Below, one piece after another: positions 26,271-38,251 of a stretch of DNA of 64,000 nucleotides (position 1 is the stretch's first letter; the number at the start of each line of letters is the position of its first letter). Location of the stretch: positions 44,268,001 to 44,332,000 of the forward strand of contig OZ024742.1 in the NCBI GenBank assembly GCA_964016885.1. The letters are read 5' to 3'. The notes under the pieces are model-generated. The model ran no database searches and was not told the DNA's origin. It saw only the letters and a program-made list of their open reading frames with translations. This DNA is from Eledone cirrhosa (taxonomy: Eukaryota). The position numbers were made by a program, and so were the translations under genes.

Positions 26271-27383
26271 TTACTGGTTATAAGGAGGCAAGGTTTGATC
26301 TCAGAAATACATAGAGCAGCCCACTGTACTCAAACAATTCCACCAGTCCACCACTCCTCGACTGGCACTTTATTTATCGACGCCAAAATGATGAAAGGCA
26401 AATTTGAACTTGGAGCACAGTGAACCAGAATGAACATTAGGGCATATAATCTGACGCACTATCAACTCTGCCAATTCACTAGAGAGAGTGGGTGAGTGAG
26501 TGAGTTACACAATCGTGCACATCTCTTAAAACTCAGTGTGGCTTTTAAGAGCTAGTACTTAGATGGTGTCATGGTATGAAAGGAACAAGACACAAATCTC
26601 CACTTGTTAAAGACACCTCTTTACTGTAACAAGGGAGCCTCTATGTAGCCACTTGATTTGCTAGAAATAGCAACCAAATTTCTTTTAAAGCATACCCTCC
26701 TGTCTTAAAAAGGATATTGATGACTATATTGAGTAATGCTGTATTTGCTTCCAGCAATGACTAACACAGGATAGTCCATGCCTTTTTTAATCATTGGCTT
26801 GCTCAATGAGGGCCACCCTTTAGTGAAACACAGTCTATTGCATGTATTATATGTATATATATCTTGTTTCTATTTCTTCTGAGAAAATTCTAATGAGTGA
26901 ATCCAATGCATTATCCAGTTTGTTATATAACTTCTACAGTGAAAGAAATGATTGTCTGTTGGAAATGAATTTTTTTAAATTACAGCTCACACCTATGCAG
27001 GTTTAGCTGACCTCCTATTTACACTGTATAAGCTGATTTTTTGATATTTTAATGATAGCTCCCCGCCTTCCCCAGTCTTATCAAGAAAAGCATTGTGAAA
27101 TGAAATGTTTCGCTCAAGAACTTAACGCACATCCTTGGCCATGAATCAAACCTGAGGTCTTATGAGTATTTCATTAACAAAAGGGTATATAGTTATCCTC
27201 CTATTTCAAATGCTTGCAACAAAATTGACTCTACCAAAGGTGTACAAAAGCCAAGCGTTTTTTTTTTTCAAACATCATTTAATGAATTATATGTATCATT
27301 GAAGTCAGGCAAGTTTTTTTCCCCCTACCCTTTTTCCATTTTATGTCTACATTTCCCTGATAAGACTGTAGCTCCTATAATTA

Positions 27384-27707
27384 CTGTATATTCTCAAATA
27401 TAAGCTGAGGAATATGTGACCAAAAAATCGATGGTAAAATTGGAGTGGGAGAGGGGATCGGCTTATATATGTCATCTAAATAATGTGTTGATTAGCTGCT
27501 TCAGCTTATAAATGAGGTTTGGATTTTCACCCATTTCTTGCACATAAAATAGGGGGTTGGCTTATATTTGGATCGGCTTATATTTTGATCAGCTTATATT
27601 CAAGTATATAATTGTTTCTACTATTGGCACAAGGCCAGCAATTACCCAGTACATTACTGGTACTTTATTTTATTGACCCCGTAAGGATGAAAGGCAAGTA
27701 TATAATG
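27384..27707. mobile_element. Tc1/pogo-type MITE with a SINE fragment inserted in its right TIR
   Basis: TA-CTGTATATTCTCAAATATAAGCTGA ... TCAGCTTATATTCAAGTATATA. The SINE fragment is flanked by the 12-bp direct repeat CAAGTATATAAT (27601-27612, 27695-27706). Confidence 0.7.
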
Positions 27708-30700
27708 TAACTCTTTCATTACTGTATTTATAATGAAATACACTGTATTTGAACAAGTTATTGATTGAATGTTTTAGAGGAATTTTACTAAAATTATTAT
27801 TTCCTTAAGATGGTATTTGTAACATAAATTTACAAAAGTAAAATTATATTGAAAGGTTTTAATTTAATTAGAGATCTTTTATGTGTGGTTTTGTTTCATA
27901 GAATTAGAGGTGGTTTTGTGCAAGTTGGTATCAAAAGGGTTAAAACAGCCAAGAAATCTATATGATTCAACCATACAGGAGGCTGGTGAAACCTGCACAG
28001 GTATAATTCCATAACAACAATCCATCATTCCTGATAATATGGACAAGACAGCTGATTCACATGATCCCCATTTTAGAATCAGTTGGGTGAATAAGGTTTT
28101 ACTTCTGCATGTAGTATACAAAGTTAAATAATTAGGTGATTCCTCAATGAGTTGTCTTGGCAAAATTACTTCATTTCCTATAATTTTAAAGAGAAGTGGG
28201 AGCTAGAAGTTGTAGTGAAACATAGTTATCAGAGCAATAAAAGGGTGGAAGGAGTCTGGGGAAATGTTATTTCTGTTGGCAACTAAGGGTTTATCTGTGT
28301 GCAAAAAGCAGATCAATGAAGCATATGTAAGTTACATAATGCTACTTGGCTGTGATTTATGAGTATTAAATGCGGAAGTTCTATGGAAGCTTGAGAGAAA
28401 TGAACTGAATATAATCTGTTTGATATGTATTGTATTAACATGCATGAAAGGTGGAGCATATGTGGGTTGAGAGAATGGTTGGAAATTAATGGTATTAACT
28501 GATATGTGCTTGAGAGATGATTGCTGGTATGGGCATGTAATTTGTTTTAAAAAAGTTTTCCCTTTTGGTGGAGGGCAGTGGATTGGGAGTATTAGTAGAG
28601 CATCAGACATAATGCATTGCAGCATTTAATTACAACTTTCTATGTTCTAATTTCAAATACTTCCTGAAACCTGCTGTCACGCTCAAATTCATTACAGTAC
28701 TTAACATTCTGTGCTCAGATCCCACTGAAGTCAACTTTGCCTTTCATCCTTCCGATGTCGATAAAATAAAGTACCAGTCAAGGTATTGGGGTCAATATAA
28801 TTGACGCCCCCACAAATTGTTGGCCATGTGCCTAAATTAGAAAGTAAAAGTGGCTGAAGAAATAATGAGGTTAGATTTCTAGCTGCTGGGCTTCACAGAT
28901 AAAATTAGCATTCAGCAATGGACCATATTCTTGACAACAATGTGTTAGCTCTTTTATTACCATATATTTAATGAAATATACTGAACAGGATTTTTCAAAT
29001 GTTGAAAATGATAAAAAATTTGGTGAGATTTAATAATATAACTATCTTTCTCATTATTACCCTTTTTTCTCCAAACTTTCTCAAAGCCACCTTCGGTTCT
29101 GTGGAACAAAATTACCCATTTTGAAGGGTACCTATTTAAATTAAAATCTTCCAACATAATTTTATGTTACAAATAGCATTTTAATGAAATAATAATTTCG
29201 GTAAATCCTTCAAAATTCTTCATTAATTAATTCAAATCCAGTGAATTTTATTAAAAATATGGAAACAAAACGCTTAAGCTGGTGATTATTACATAAAAAT
29301 TATGATGGAAAGTTTTAGACAAATATAAACACTTTAAAACAAACAGTTTTGTATCTTAGAAGCATGGGTGGTTTCAGGAAGTTTGGCATCAAAAGGTCTG
29401 AATCTTGTATTGTTCCTGTACAGATGAGTATTTATGTGGTTATATGCAGGTATTTCTGTAAAAATAATGGAATGTGACATACTGTGTTTGAATGTTTCCT
29501 GATACTAAGGATAATGCCATGTCAAAGAGGCTGATAATACTTAGCATAGAGACTTCTTTGGCATTTATATTTGGCTCATTTGAATATTAATTGGTTAAGA
29601 AATTTAAACAATTTTCTTATTTAACCCTTTGATATCAGTCCACCCCAAACCAGCTCTGGTTCTCTAAAACAAAATCACACATTTTAGGGGGTTCATATTT
29701 AAATTAAAACCTTCCAACATTATTTCGTATAAGAACCCTTTAGGTTATGTTACAAATACTTTCTTGATAATGGAACTAATTTTAGTAAAGCTCTCCAAAT
29801 GCTTCATTAATTAATTTACATACTGTTACATACTGTGTATACTGTTTTGATATAAAAATTGTAAAGAAAGTGTTAATGGAATGTTTGTGCTTTCAATCTT
29901 TTGTGATGCTATAAGTCTGTGTGTTTGTTATTCCTTGGTGGCCATATTATATGGCTGAAAGGCATGAGTTTCTTCTATTAACTTTCTGATTTAAATTATA
30001 TATGAGGTGGGTTTTTTAGTATCACAGCTGTTTCTGTATCTTGACGAGCTTTATGAGATCATGTTCAATATTTCATGGAAGATAGTTTTAAGTGATGGGA
30101 TGTCACATTAAGATCTTTTGATAGACTGATAGGATTGTTTAAGATACTGCTTATTTCGTTGGCTTATATTCTTTCAAATTGATTTGTAATTCTTGTCGAG
30201 AAAACTTTCCCTCTTCTTTTCAAATATGAACTTTTATTAGTATAAGGTGGCTCTGGTATTAGTATCATTCAACAGCACCATTGTCATTTCTTTTGTTTCA
30301 CTGTTGTATACTATTACTGGGTAAAATTCAACGTGGTTCACTACTTTTGATTACTTAGTTCATTCTTTTCCCCCCATAATTTCTGTTTAAATTTGGAAAA
30401 TAATAAAGTATTTAATTTTTAAAAATCTTTTTTGTTGTTAAGCTGGTGTTTAGAACATGGTGTTTGGAACATGGCTTAATAAAATACAGTCTTATATATT
30501 TTTATGATGGAAGGTTTTAATGTATTTTGAACTCATTAGAATGAGTTTACTTGCTGATGTGTTGGTGCCAAAAGGGTTAATGTCTTAATACACAATGTTT
30601 GTGTGTTTTACTTGACCACATGGTTGTATCAATAGCCAGAGTTAATATCTTTTCAATTTTGGAATCAGTTGGATTGTCCAGGGTTGCTGGAAAAAAACCT

Positions 30701-32029
30701 GATGAGATTTGCCCTTTGCCCTTGTATTAGAGACAGCTGCCTAATATAGGGTTTGGGGTGTCCCTATCAATGACTCTTTTTTCCCCTTCTCACATCCTAA
30801 TGTTGTTGTAGAGGTTGGGAGTCACTGCATCCATAGCTGAACAGAATAAATTATTGAAATAACACAATTTGTTGGTGGATTACACTTTTCAGCTCTTAGA
30901 GTTTGAGTCTTTTGAGGAAGCTGAAGTTTTTGTCATCTGTGGTAGCTTATCTTACTGCCATATCAGGTAACACTCATGAGAGTACCTATCTGTTCCAATG
31001 CCTTAGCCTCATTATCACCTGTGGCAAGGCTGTGATTGTTCTGGATTGTCAGACATTTTTACTGGATAGCACCAACATTCCCTCTTTAATAGTGTTATTG
31101 AGAGAATGTGTATGTCTATCCTTGTTTTCTTCCTGACTCAGTTTTGATTTGTTTCTTTCACTGTTTTTGTTTTTTTTTGTTTTTAATCACAAAATCACAT
31201 ATTTATAAGGGAAATGAATGAAATTATACTATGTTGTGGCCTTTCTTTCCCAAGGGTGTAAATGACAAAACGGAAGTGAATTGGTTTTAAAACCATCATT
31301 GCTTGGCCACTAGATCTCTTTAGCATGTGTGAATATATTTATATATTTCTCTATGGTCAATATCTGAATATATTTGTACTACTAACTATTATAGTCTCCA
31401 ATGTCTGAAAGATATTATATTCTGTACCTGTGTCTGTGAATATATTTCTTGATGTATATGATCAATATTTGAAAGATATCTCCAATATCTGAAAGATATA
31501 GTGTGAACATATATTTCTATTGCCTCTTGATTTTAGATATAACATATTTTATATATAATCCATAGCTCATTCCAGTATATGACTGGTTGGATAGTGATAG
31601 AGCTTGCTTGTTTTCTTAATACAGTAATATCCATATAATTTGCTAAAAAGACAAATATCTTTTTGGGTAGGAATCATTATCATGGTGTGTCTGCTTTCCA
31701 TGCTGGCATGGGTTGGACAGACTGTAGTAGTCTGAAACTAGGTAGGTTGGAGAATCTCATCTTAGTGTATATTCCAGTTTTGTCATTGTTTCTATAGTCA
31801 GATGTTCTTCCTAATGCCAACCACATTGCAGAGGGGAATTTTATCCTGGCACCAACACTGTCGTGTTACAGAATGGACTGGGTGCCTTTTATCCTGGCAC
31901 CAGCATAGCCACTTTATAGAATGGACTGGCTGATTATATTGTGGCACTATCCCTAGAGAGGTCTATATTACCTTAACTGGAATAAAGGAGTTCTATCACT
32001 AAACATATTTTGCTTAGTATTCAGTAATA

Positions 32030-32350
32030 ATTATTTCTACTATAGGCACAAGGCCAGCAACTTGAAGGGGAGGTGAAAGTCGATTAAATCAACCCCAGTG
32101 CATTACTGGTGCTTTATTTTATCGACCCTGTAAGGATGAAAGGCAAAACTAACCTCAGCGTGATTTGAACTCAGAACGTAAAGATACTGCCAATCCACTA
32201 ATAGCCATTAATAATTGTTTCTACTTTAGGCACAAGGCCAGCAAATTACCCAGTACATTACTGGTACTTTATTTTATCGACCCCGTAAGGATGAAAGGCA
32301 AAGTTAACCTCGGCGGGATTTGAATTCAGACTGTAAAGGGACGTAACCAA
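32030..32350 (-). mobile_element. Two tandem Nin-like tRNA-SINEs
   Basis: Reverse complement of the 9564-9977 family. Confidence 0.85.
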
Positions 32351-32632
32351 TACCCATTAATAATGTAGGCTTGTTGATTTCTGAGAAAACAGACAATCAA
32401 ACAATCAATCAAGCAAATAAATACAAAAACAGAAGCATCTATTTTTGTTTTTGATGGTTGGCAATGTTGGCTGGTTATAAAGAGATGGAGTAGAATTATT
32501 GTAATGATGCATAAAATGTCCCTGCATTTGATTAGCTAGCCCCACCTGAGCTAACAAGGGATGATACTTTATGCAGTTGTTCCTCCTACTAGAAATAGCA
32601 GTAAAATCTCCCTCAAATTATACCCCACTGCT

Positions 32633-32953
32633 GTAACCCTTTTGCCACTACCCATCCTAGCATGGAAGAATGGACGTAAAACGATGATGATGATGTTGAT
32701 TTCTATTAAAATACACTGCATATAATTTTCAATTAATTTTGAAAATATTCAATAATTTGTAAAAATCAAGGATTTAGTAAAATGACTTTCTTCATTATTA
32801 ATTTGGTGTTTGGAACATAACTTAACAAAGGGTTTTGCATAAAATTATTAAAATTATAGTGTAAGGTTTTTAGATTAATATAAACTTTAAAATAAACAGC
32901 TTAGTATTGCAGAACCAGGATTGGTTTCAAGTGGTTTGGTAGCTAAAGGGTTT
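32633..32953. mobile_element. piggyBac-type MITE family B (representative; more than a dozen degraded copies in the window, e.g. ~14561-14741, 40764-40980, 41880-42112, 42630-42805, 48968-49210)
   Basis: Termini TTAACCCTTT(T/C)..TACC ... GGTA..AAAGGGTTAA. Shared body GATTTAGTAA..ACATAAAATTATGATGGAAGG..AGAACC..TTTCAGG. Confidence 0.7.
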
Positions 32954-33756
32954 AAAAGGAAAGTACGCATTAGACAATGTAGTTCACTGGCTAAACTGGA
33001 ACTCCCTTGATACGGACCATCTTGGAACAGTTCTAACTTAGAAATAAACACCAACAACAATAAACACTGGTTCAATGTATCTTCCATCTATCTTTGCTGC
33101 TTCTAAAGCAGCCTCTGTTCCTTTAAACCTGCTGCTGGTGTACCGTACCATCAACCACCACAACATAAATAAACCTATATGCTGTGCATAACTTCCCTTG
33201 ACTCTGTTCTTGCAATAATTTACACTGAACATTAACAATATGCCCCCCCCCCCCCCCCCCCATCATTATTTCTATTCACTATTCTAAGGAGCCATGCCCT
33301 CAAATCATTTTGAAACCTTAAATCTGTCTGTATGTTGCTCCTAGTTTCCTTTCTGAACATATTTTCACATAGTTTAAGTTTGATGACAGTGTGTGTGTAT
33401 CATGTCAGATAAACTATATGGTATCTGGTGCTCTGTAAGAAGATTATTATATTTATACTGATTCAGATAAAGGATTTCACTGCTATCGTTGTTGTTGTCA
33501 GTGTCATTGTCATCATAATCATCATCATAATCGCTGTCAGCATTTAAAAAAATATTTTATATCAGCTTATTATCTACACCACCATCACCACTGGAATACT
33601 TCATAAGTATTATCTTTCTTGAGGGAATATTTATAGGATTGGAATGACATCTTAGATAAAGGATATTACTTTTTATATATGAACTGAATTCCTTTTTTCA
33701 TTCGCCTCCACACACACAATATTTCACAGTAAATTTTTACCACTTTTCTTTTACAG

Positions 33757-33789
33757 AAAGAATATTTGCTTACCACTCTTTGAATCATG
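33757..33789 (+). CDS. Candidate 33-nt phase-1 microexon of the host gene (xRIFAYHSLNH)
   Basis: Pyrimidine tract CTTTTCTTTTACAG| and donor ATG|GTAAGT. Length divisible by 3, open in phase 1, non-repetitive context. Confidence 0.6.
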
Positions 33790-34299
33790 GTAAGTATCTT
33801 ACCTCTTTCCTTCCTCTCCCATTTCCTATTTTGTCTCTCTCAGAATATTATTCCCTGCATTTACCAGTATCTAAGAACATTTGCTCAATGATAGTTAGCT
33901 AATTGCTTTTATTACAGTATTTTTCAAGTATGTCCTCATAATTGGCAGGAATAGCTGAGCTGTTGGACTCAATATCTTGTCTTGTCATTATTTATTCGTG
34001 TCTCTTTGTTATATTTTCTGACTTAAAATGTTGACTTTGAATTAGATCACTCCAGAGTCAGTGATAAGAGTACTAGTTACATATAGGGGGTGAGGAGGAG
34101 GAGAAGGGGTGAGGTGGTGGTCAATTTTATCGATTATTCCCTCACTATAAATGTAAGAAATCATTATTGTTGATAGTAATTGTGACAGAATGTCAAAATT
34201 AGAGCTATTGGTAATAGCAACACTTTATTGTTGTTTTTAGTCTTGTCTGCCTTTGAGTTCAAATCCCATTGTGATTAAAACCATTTTCTCCAGTGTCTA

Positions 34300-34870
34300 T
34301 TAAGTGTGCATATATATATATAGACATATATACACACACGTACATACAGTCACACATAAAATAATCACCACCTGCAGACACACTCGCATACACTCATTCA
34401 ACACACACGTGATAATACACATGCAATCGGACACACTCACACACATAGAATTTACAGAAAAAGCCCCACACCCACACAAAACTAAAACGTCAGAGACTTC
34501 ACTTTATAAGACTCTGGGACACAGACTAAAGCCATGCCCATCTACCATCTTTTCCCCTTTGACAACACACAGGCAACCACACTCATGTCACCCCTTACCT
34601 TCCCCCCTGGCTGGACCTTTCAGCACCCCCCCATTTTTTTTTTAAATTTAATTTCCTTCCCTATCGATTCGTATGTGTATCTGTTCTCTCCTTATCCAAA
34701 CTTTTCTGAAGAAGGATTTCTGTGCAAAACGTCGAAACCTCCTCCACTTCCACCAAGCATGAACCTAATATAACTGTGATTCTTGTTACTCTGGAGTTTC
34801 ACCTGTCTATCACAGGGTCATCAGTCTGATGACCCTGTCATAAACAGGTGAAACTCCAGAGTAACAAGTC
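34300..34870. mobile_element. Penelope-like terminal-repeat relic with hammerhead-like motifs
   Basis: TTTT-CTGAAGA..AAACGTC-GAAA motif near 34706, and a palindromic pair of CTGATGA..GAAAC motifs at 34782-34868. Confidence 0.5.
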
Positions 34871-34956
34871 TCACTATTTAGCCTTAATAAAATGCATATT
34901 AAAACACTACTTTGGTATTGAGTACGCTTTTCTCTCAGCTGTCAACCACATTTGGA

Positions 34957-35009
<53 letters not shown>

Positions 35010-35012
<3 letters not shown>

Positions 35013-35270
35013 CATCATCATTTAACGTCAATTTTCCACGCTAGCATGGGTTAGACGGGTTGCGCCATTGTGCGACAAGCCAGATCCGATAATCATGACT
35101 TGCTCATACTGGAAGGGTTTTGGCTTGGTTTCTACAGCTGGATGCCCTTCCTAACACCAACCACATTTACAATGTGTACTGGGTGCTTTTTGTCATGATA
35201 TTTACATGACCACTTTACAGTGTGGGCTGGGCGCTTTTTGTCGTGACACCTACATGGCCACTTTACATAC
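35010..35270 (-). mobile_element. RTE 3'-UTR fragment
   Basis: (CAT)n TTTAACGTC..CCACGCTAGCATGGGTTAGACGG..GGATGCCCTTCCTAACACCAACCAC, as in the 39.6-40.05 kb UTR. Confidence 0.85.
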
Positions 35271-35441
35271 ACATATTTATATACATAAACAACCTTTGTT
35301 TAACACCTACTAAATTTACTTTCACATTTTTTTAATATTTATAAACAGAAGAATTTACGAAGTTGATTATTCATTTTAATAAATACATTTTCTTTCTGTC
35401 ACTTTGTAAATTAATTTTTTAACTTTTTATTTTATTTTCAG

Positions 35442-35486
35442 AATTATCTGGCAGTTTTCAATACTCTGATGGCAGATGGGTGCCAA
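35442..35486 (+). CDS. Candidate 45-nt phase-1 microexon of the host gene ((E)LSGSFQYSDGRWVP)
   Basis: Long T-rich tract TTTTTATTTTATTTTCAG| and donor CAA|GTAAGT. Frame-preserving, and more GC-rich than its flanks. Confidence 0.7.
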
Positions 35487-38251
35487 GTAAGTATTTACTT
35501 TAAATTTTTCCATATTAGTTCTGATTATATATATATATATTTTATATATATTTTACATTACTTTATATTTTCTCAGTAAAGGCTTTACCTGATATAATTA
35601 TCTCACATAATATCAAATCTATGAGATTTTGATATTATTTATTTTGAGAACAATACCATAACATGATATGAGTGGCTGGTTATGGCCAGTTTGAACAGAA
35701 AGAGGTGAGACAATTCTGGCTGGATATGGCCGGTTTAAATGCTAAAGGGTTAATCAGTGAAAATTGTTTAACTACTTTTATAACCAGCCTGTCAAGATCA
35801 ACCTTTGGTCATATGAAACAAAGGCCACCCACAGTGTTACTATTTAAGTCAAAACCTTTCAGCATAATTTTATACAAGAACCTTTTCTTATAAATGTCAT
35901 CTTAATGACACAATAATTTTAGTAAATCTTCCAAATTCTTCATTAGATATACGGTCATAAAATGGTTAGAAATATATTTGTGTTGGAGTAAGAAGGAGGC
36001 GTAAGAATATCAGGGTGTTGTTATTTTTGTTGATACAAACAGTTCCCTCTTTATGTGTAAAGAGTGACATCATTTGATAATGACTCATGGAATATCTGTA
36101 GACACTGGAGAGACTCGAGTATCATCATCACCACTACATTCACCACATATATATATATATTAGAAAAGGGAAGTAAGGTTCTATACAAAACTGGATATAG
36201 AGAAAAGGTGAAGTTGGAAATAGCACAGAAAATATATTTAAGGGTTTGTTTTTCTTTTCTTATCCTTTCTTTGACATTATTGAAAATATAACATTGAAAA
36301 AATGAGAGGGACAATTCTTTTTTAAATAAAATTTTATAATGTATAGATGGACTATGGAATTCTGGAGAGTCTGAAAAATCTGGACACTCAGTGACAATGT
36401 TAAAGATAAAGACAAATTCACCACATGCTGTCGGACGAAAAGACAATGACTCCTCTTTGTTTCGGCTGCGGATGGCCAACATAACCCCAACCCCATCCCC
36501 CTAACCCCTCCCCGCGCACCACCGTTCCCACCCACCAAACACAATCCAAAACTTCAGAGTTGGTACCATGAATGTAGGCACCTTAAAAGGTCGCTCTAAC
36601 GAGGTTGTAGAAATGCTTGAACGTAAGGTGGTTGATGTTTGCTGTATCCAAGAGACCAGGTGGAGGGGTGGGTCTGCTAGATTCATTGTGGGTAAAAAAA
36701 CGATACTATAAGCTTTTCTGGGTGGGAAATGAAAATGGGCTGGGTGGGGTAGGAATCATGTTAGCAGAAAAATGGGTAGATAAGATAATAGACGTAAATA
36801 GAGTGAACGACAGAATAATTAAAATAAGACTTGTCCTAAATAGAACTACTGTGACAGTAATATCTGCGTATGCACCCTAAACTGGACTGCCTGGCGCTAT
36901 AAAAGACAGATTCTATGAGACAATGATGCTCACTACCTCCCAAATAACCGACAGTGACTACGTAATTATTGCTGGCGACCTAAATGGTCATGTTGGACAA
37001 CATTGTGACGGCTATGACGGAATCCATGGAGGCTATGGGTTTGGTACTAGAAATGAGGAAGGCTCCAGAATCCTGGAATTCTGCGACGCAAATAACCTAA
37101 CTATCTGTAACACTAACTTCAAACAACGAGACAATCACTTGATCACCTATAGATCAGGGTAACACGCCAGTCAGATAGATTATATCCTTACCAGAAGACG
37201 TGATAGTGTCTGTTGTAAACACTAAATCCCTCCCCCATGAAGAATGCACCTCCCAACATAGACTCATAGTCAGCAACCTCATAGTCAGGACAAGACGTAC
37301 TCGACAACAGAGGAGGACTATCCTCAGGAGAAAAATATGGAAGCTAAAGGACCCCACAGTCAGTAATAAATTTAAAAGCATATTACTTGATGCTTTCGAC
37401 AGTAAGGAAGAGCAATTAGAGTCGTACAATATAGAGGAACAGTGGGAATTCCTGAAAACTAACCTGTTGAAGGCAGCAGATGAAGTTTGTGGCTGGAGCA
37501 GGCCTATAGGCAGGAGGAGAGTAATGTGGTGGTAGAATAGTAAGGTGGAGGAGTCAATTAAGGCCAAAAAGCAGGCTTGGAAAGCATGGCGGGATGGGGG
37601 AAGTAGAGAAGACTATCAAGTGGCCAGGAGGGAAGCTAGGAGACAAGTGTACTTCGCAAGAAGGGAAGCAGAGGAAAGAAAGTTCAAGCATGTTCTACAA
37701 CGCGAGGACCAAAAACGTGAGGTGTTCAGAATTGCTAGGCAATATGTCAAGGAAAACCGTGATATTGTCGGGGAGAAGTGTGTCCTTAATGATGATGGTG
37801 TACTTGCCATCACTGACGCTGATAAGAAGGTAGCTTGGAAGTGTCACTACAAAAGGCTACTAAATGAGGAGAATAAATGGGAGAAAGACAGTCTCCCCAC
37901 ATCGATCCAATAGAGGGACCAGCAGTGCGAGTTGAAGGTAGTATAATAAGTAAGGCAATCAAAGATATGAAAACGGGTAAGGCAACCGGACCTTCAGAAA
38001 TAGTTGCTGAAATGCTGAAAGCATCTGGAACGGTGGGACACACTATGGTCACCCGGATAGTAAACCAAGTCATACAGAATGGGGCCGTTCCGAAGGACTG
38101 GCGTAGCAGCATCATCATTAACTGCTACAAGGGTAAAGGAGATGCTCTTGATAGGGGTAACTATAGAGGCATTAAATTAATCGACCAGGTCATGTAGGTC
38201 ACAGAAAAAGTAATAGCACAACTAATCAGAGAGCGAATTGATCTAGATGAA

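Noticed and set aside
30903-31136. ORF with IITCGKAVIVLD, reminiscent of a Penelope RT N-terminal motif
   Set aside because: A single short degenerate motif, too weak to call
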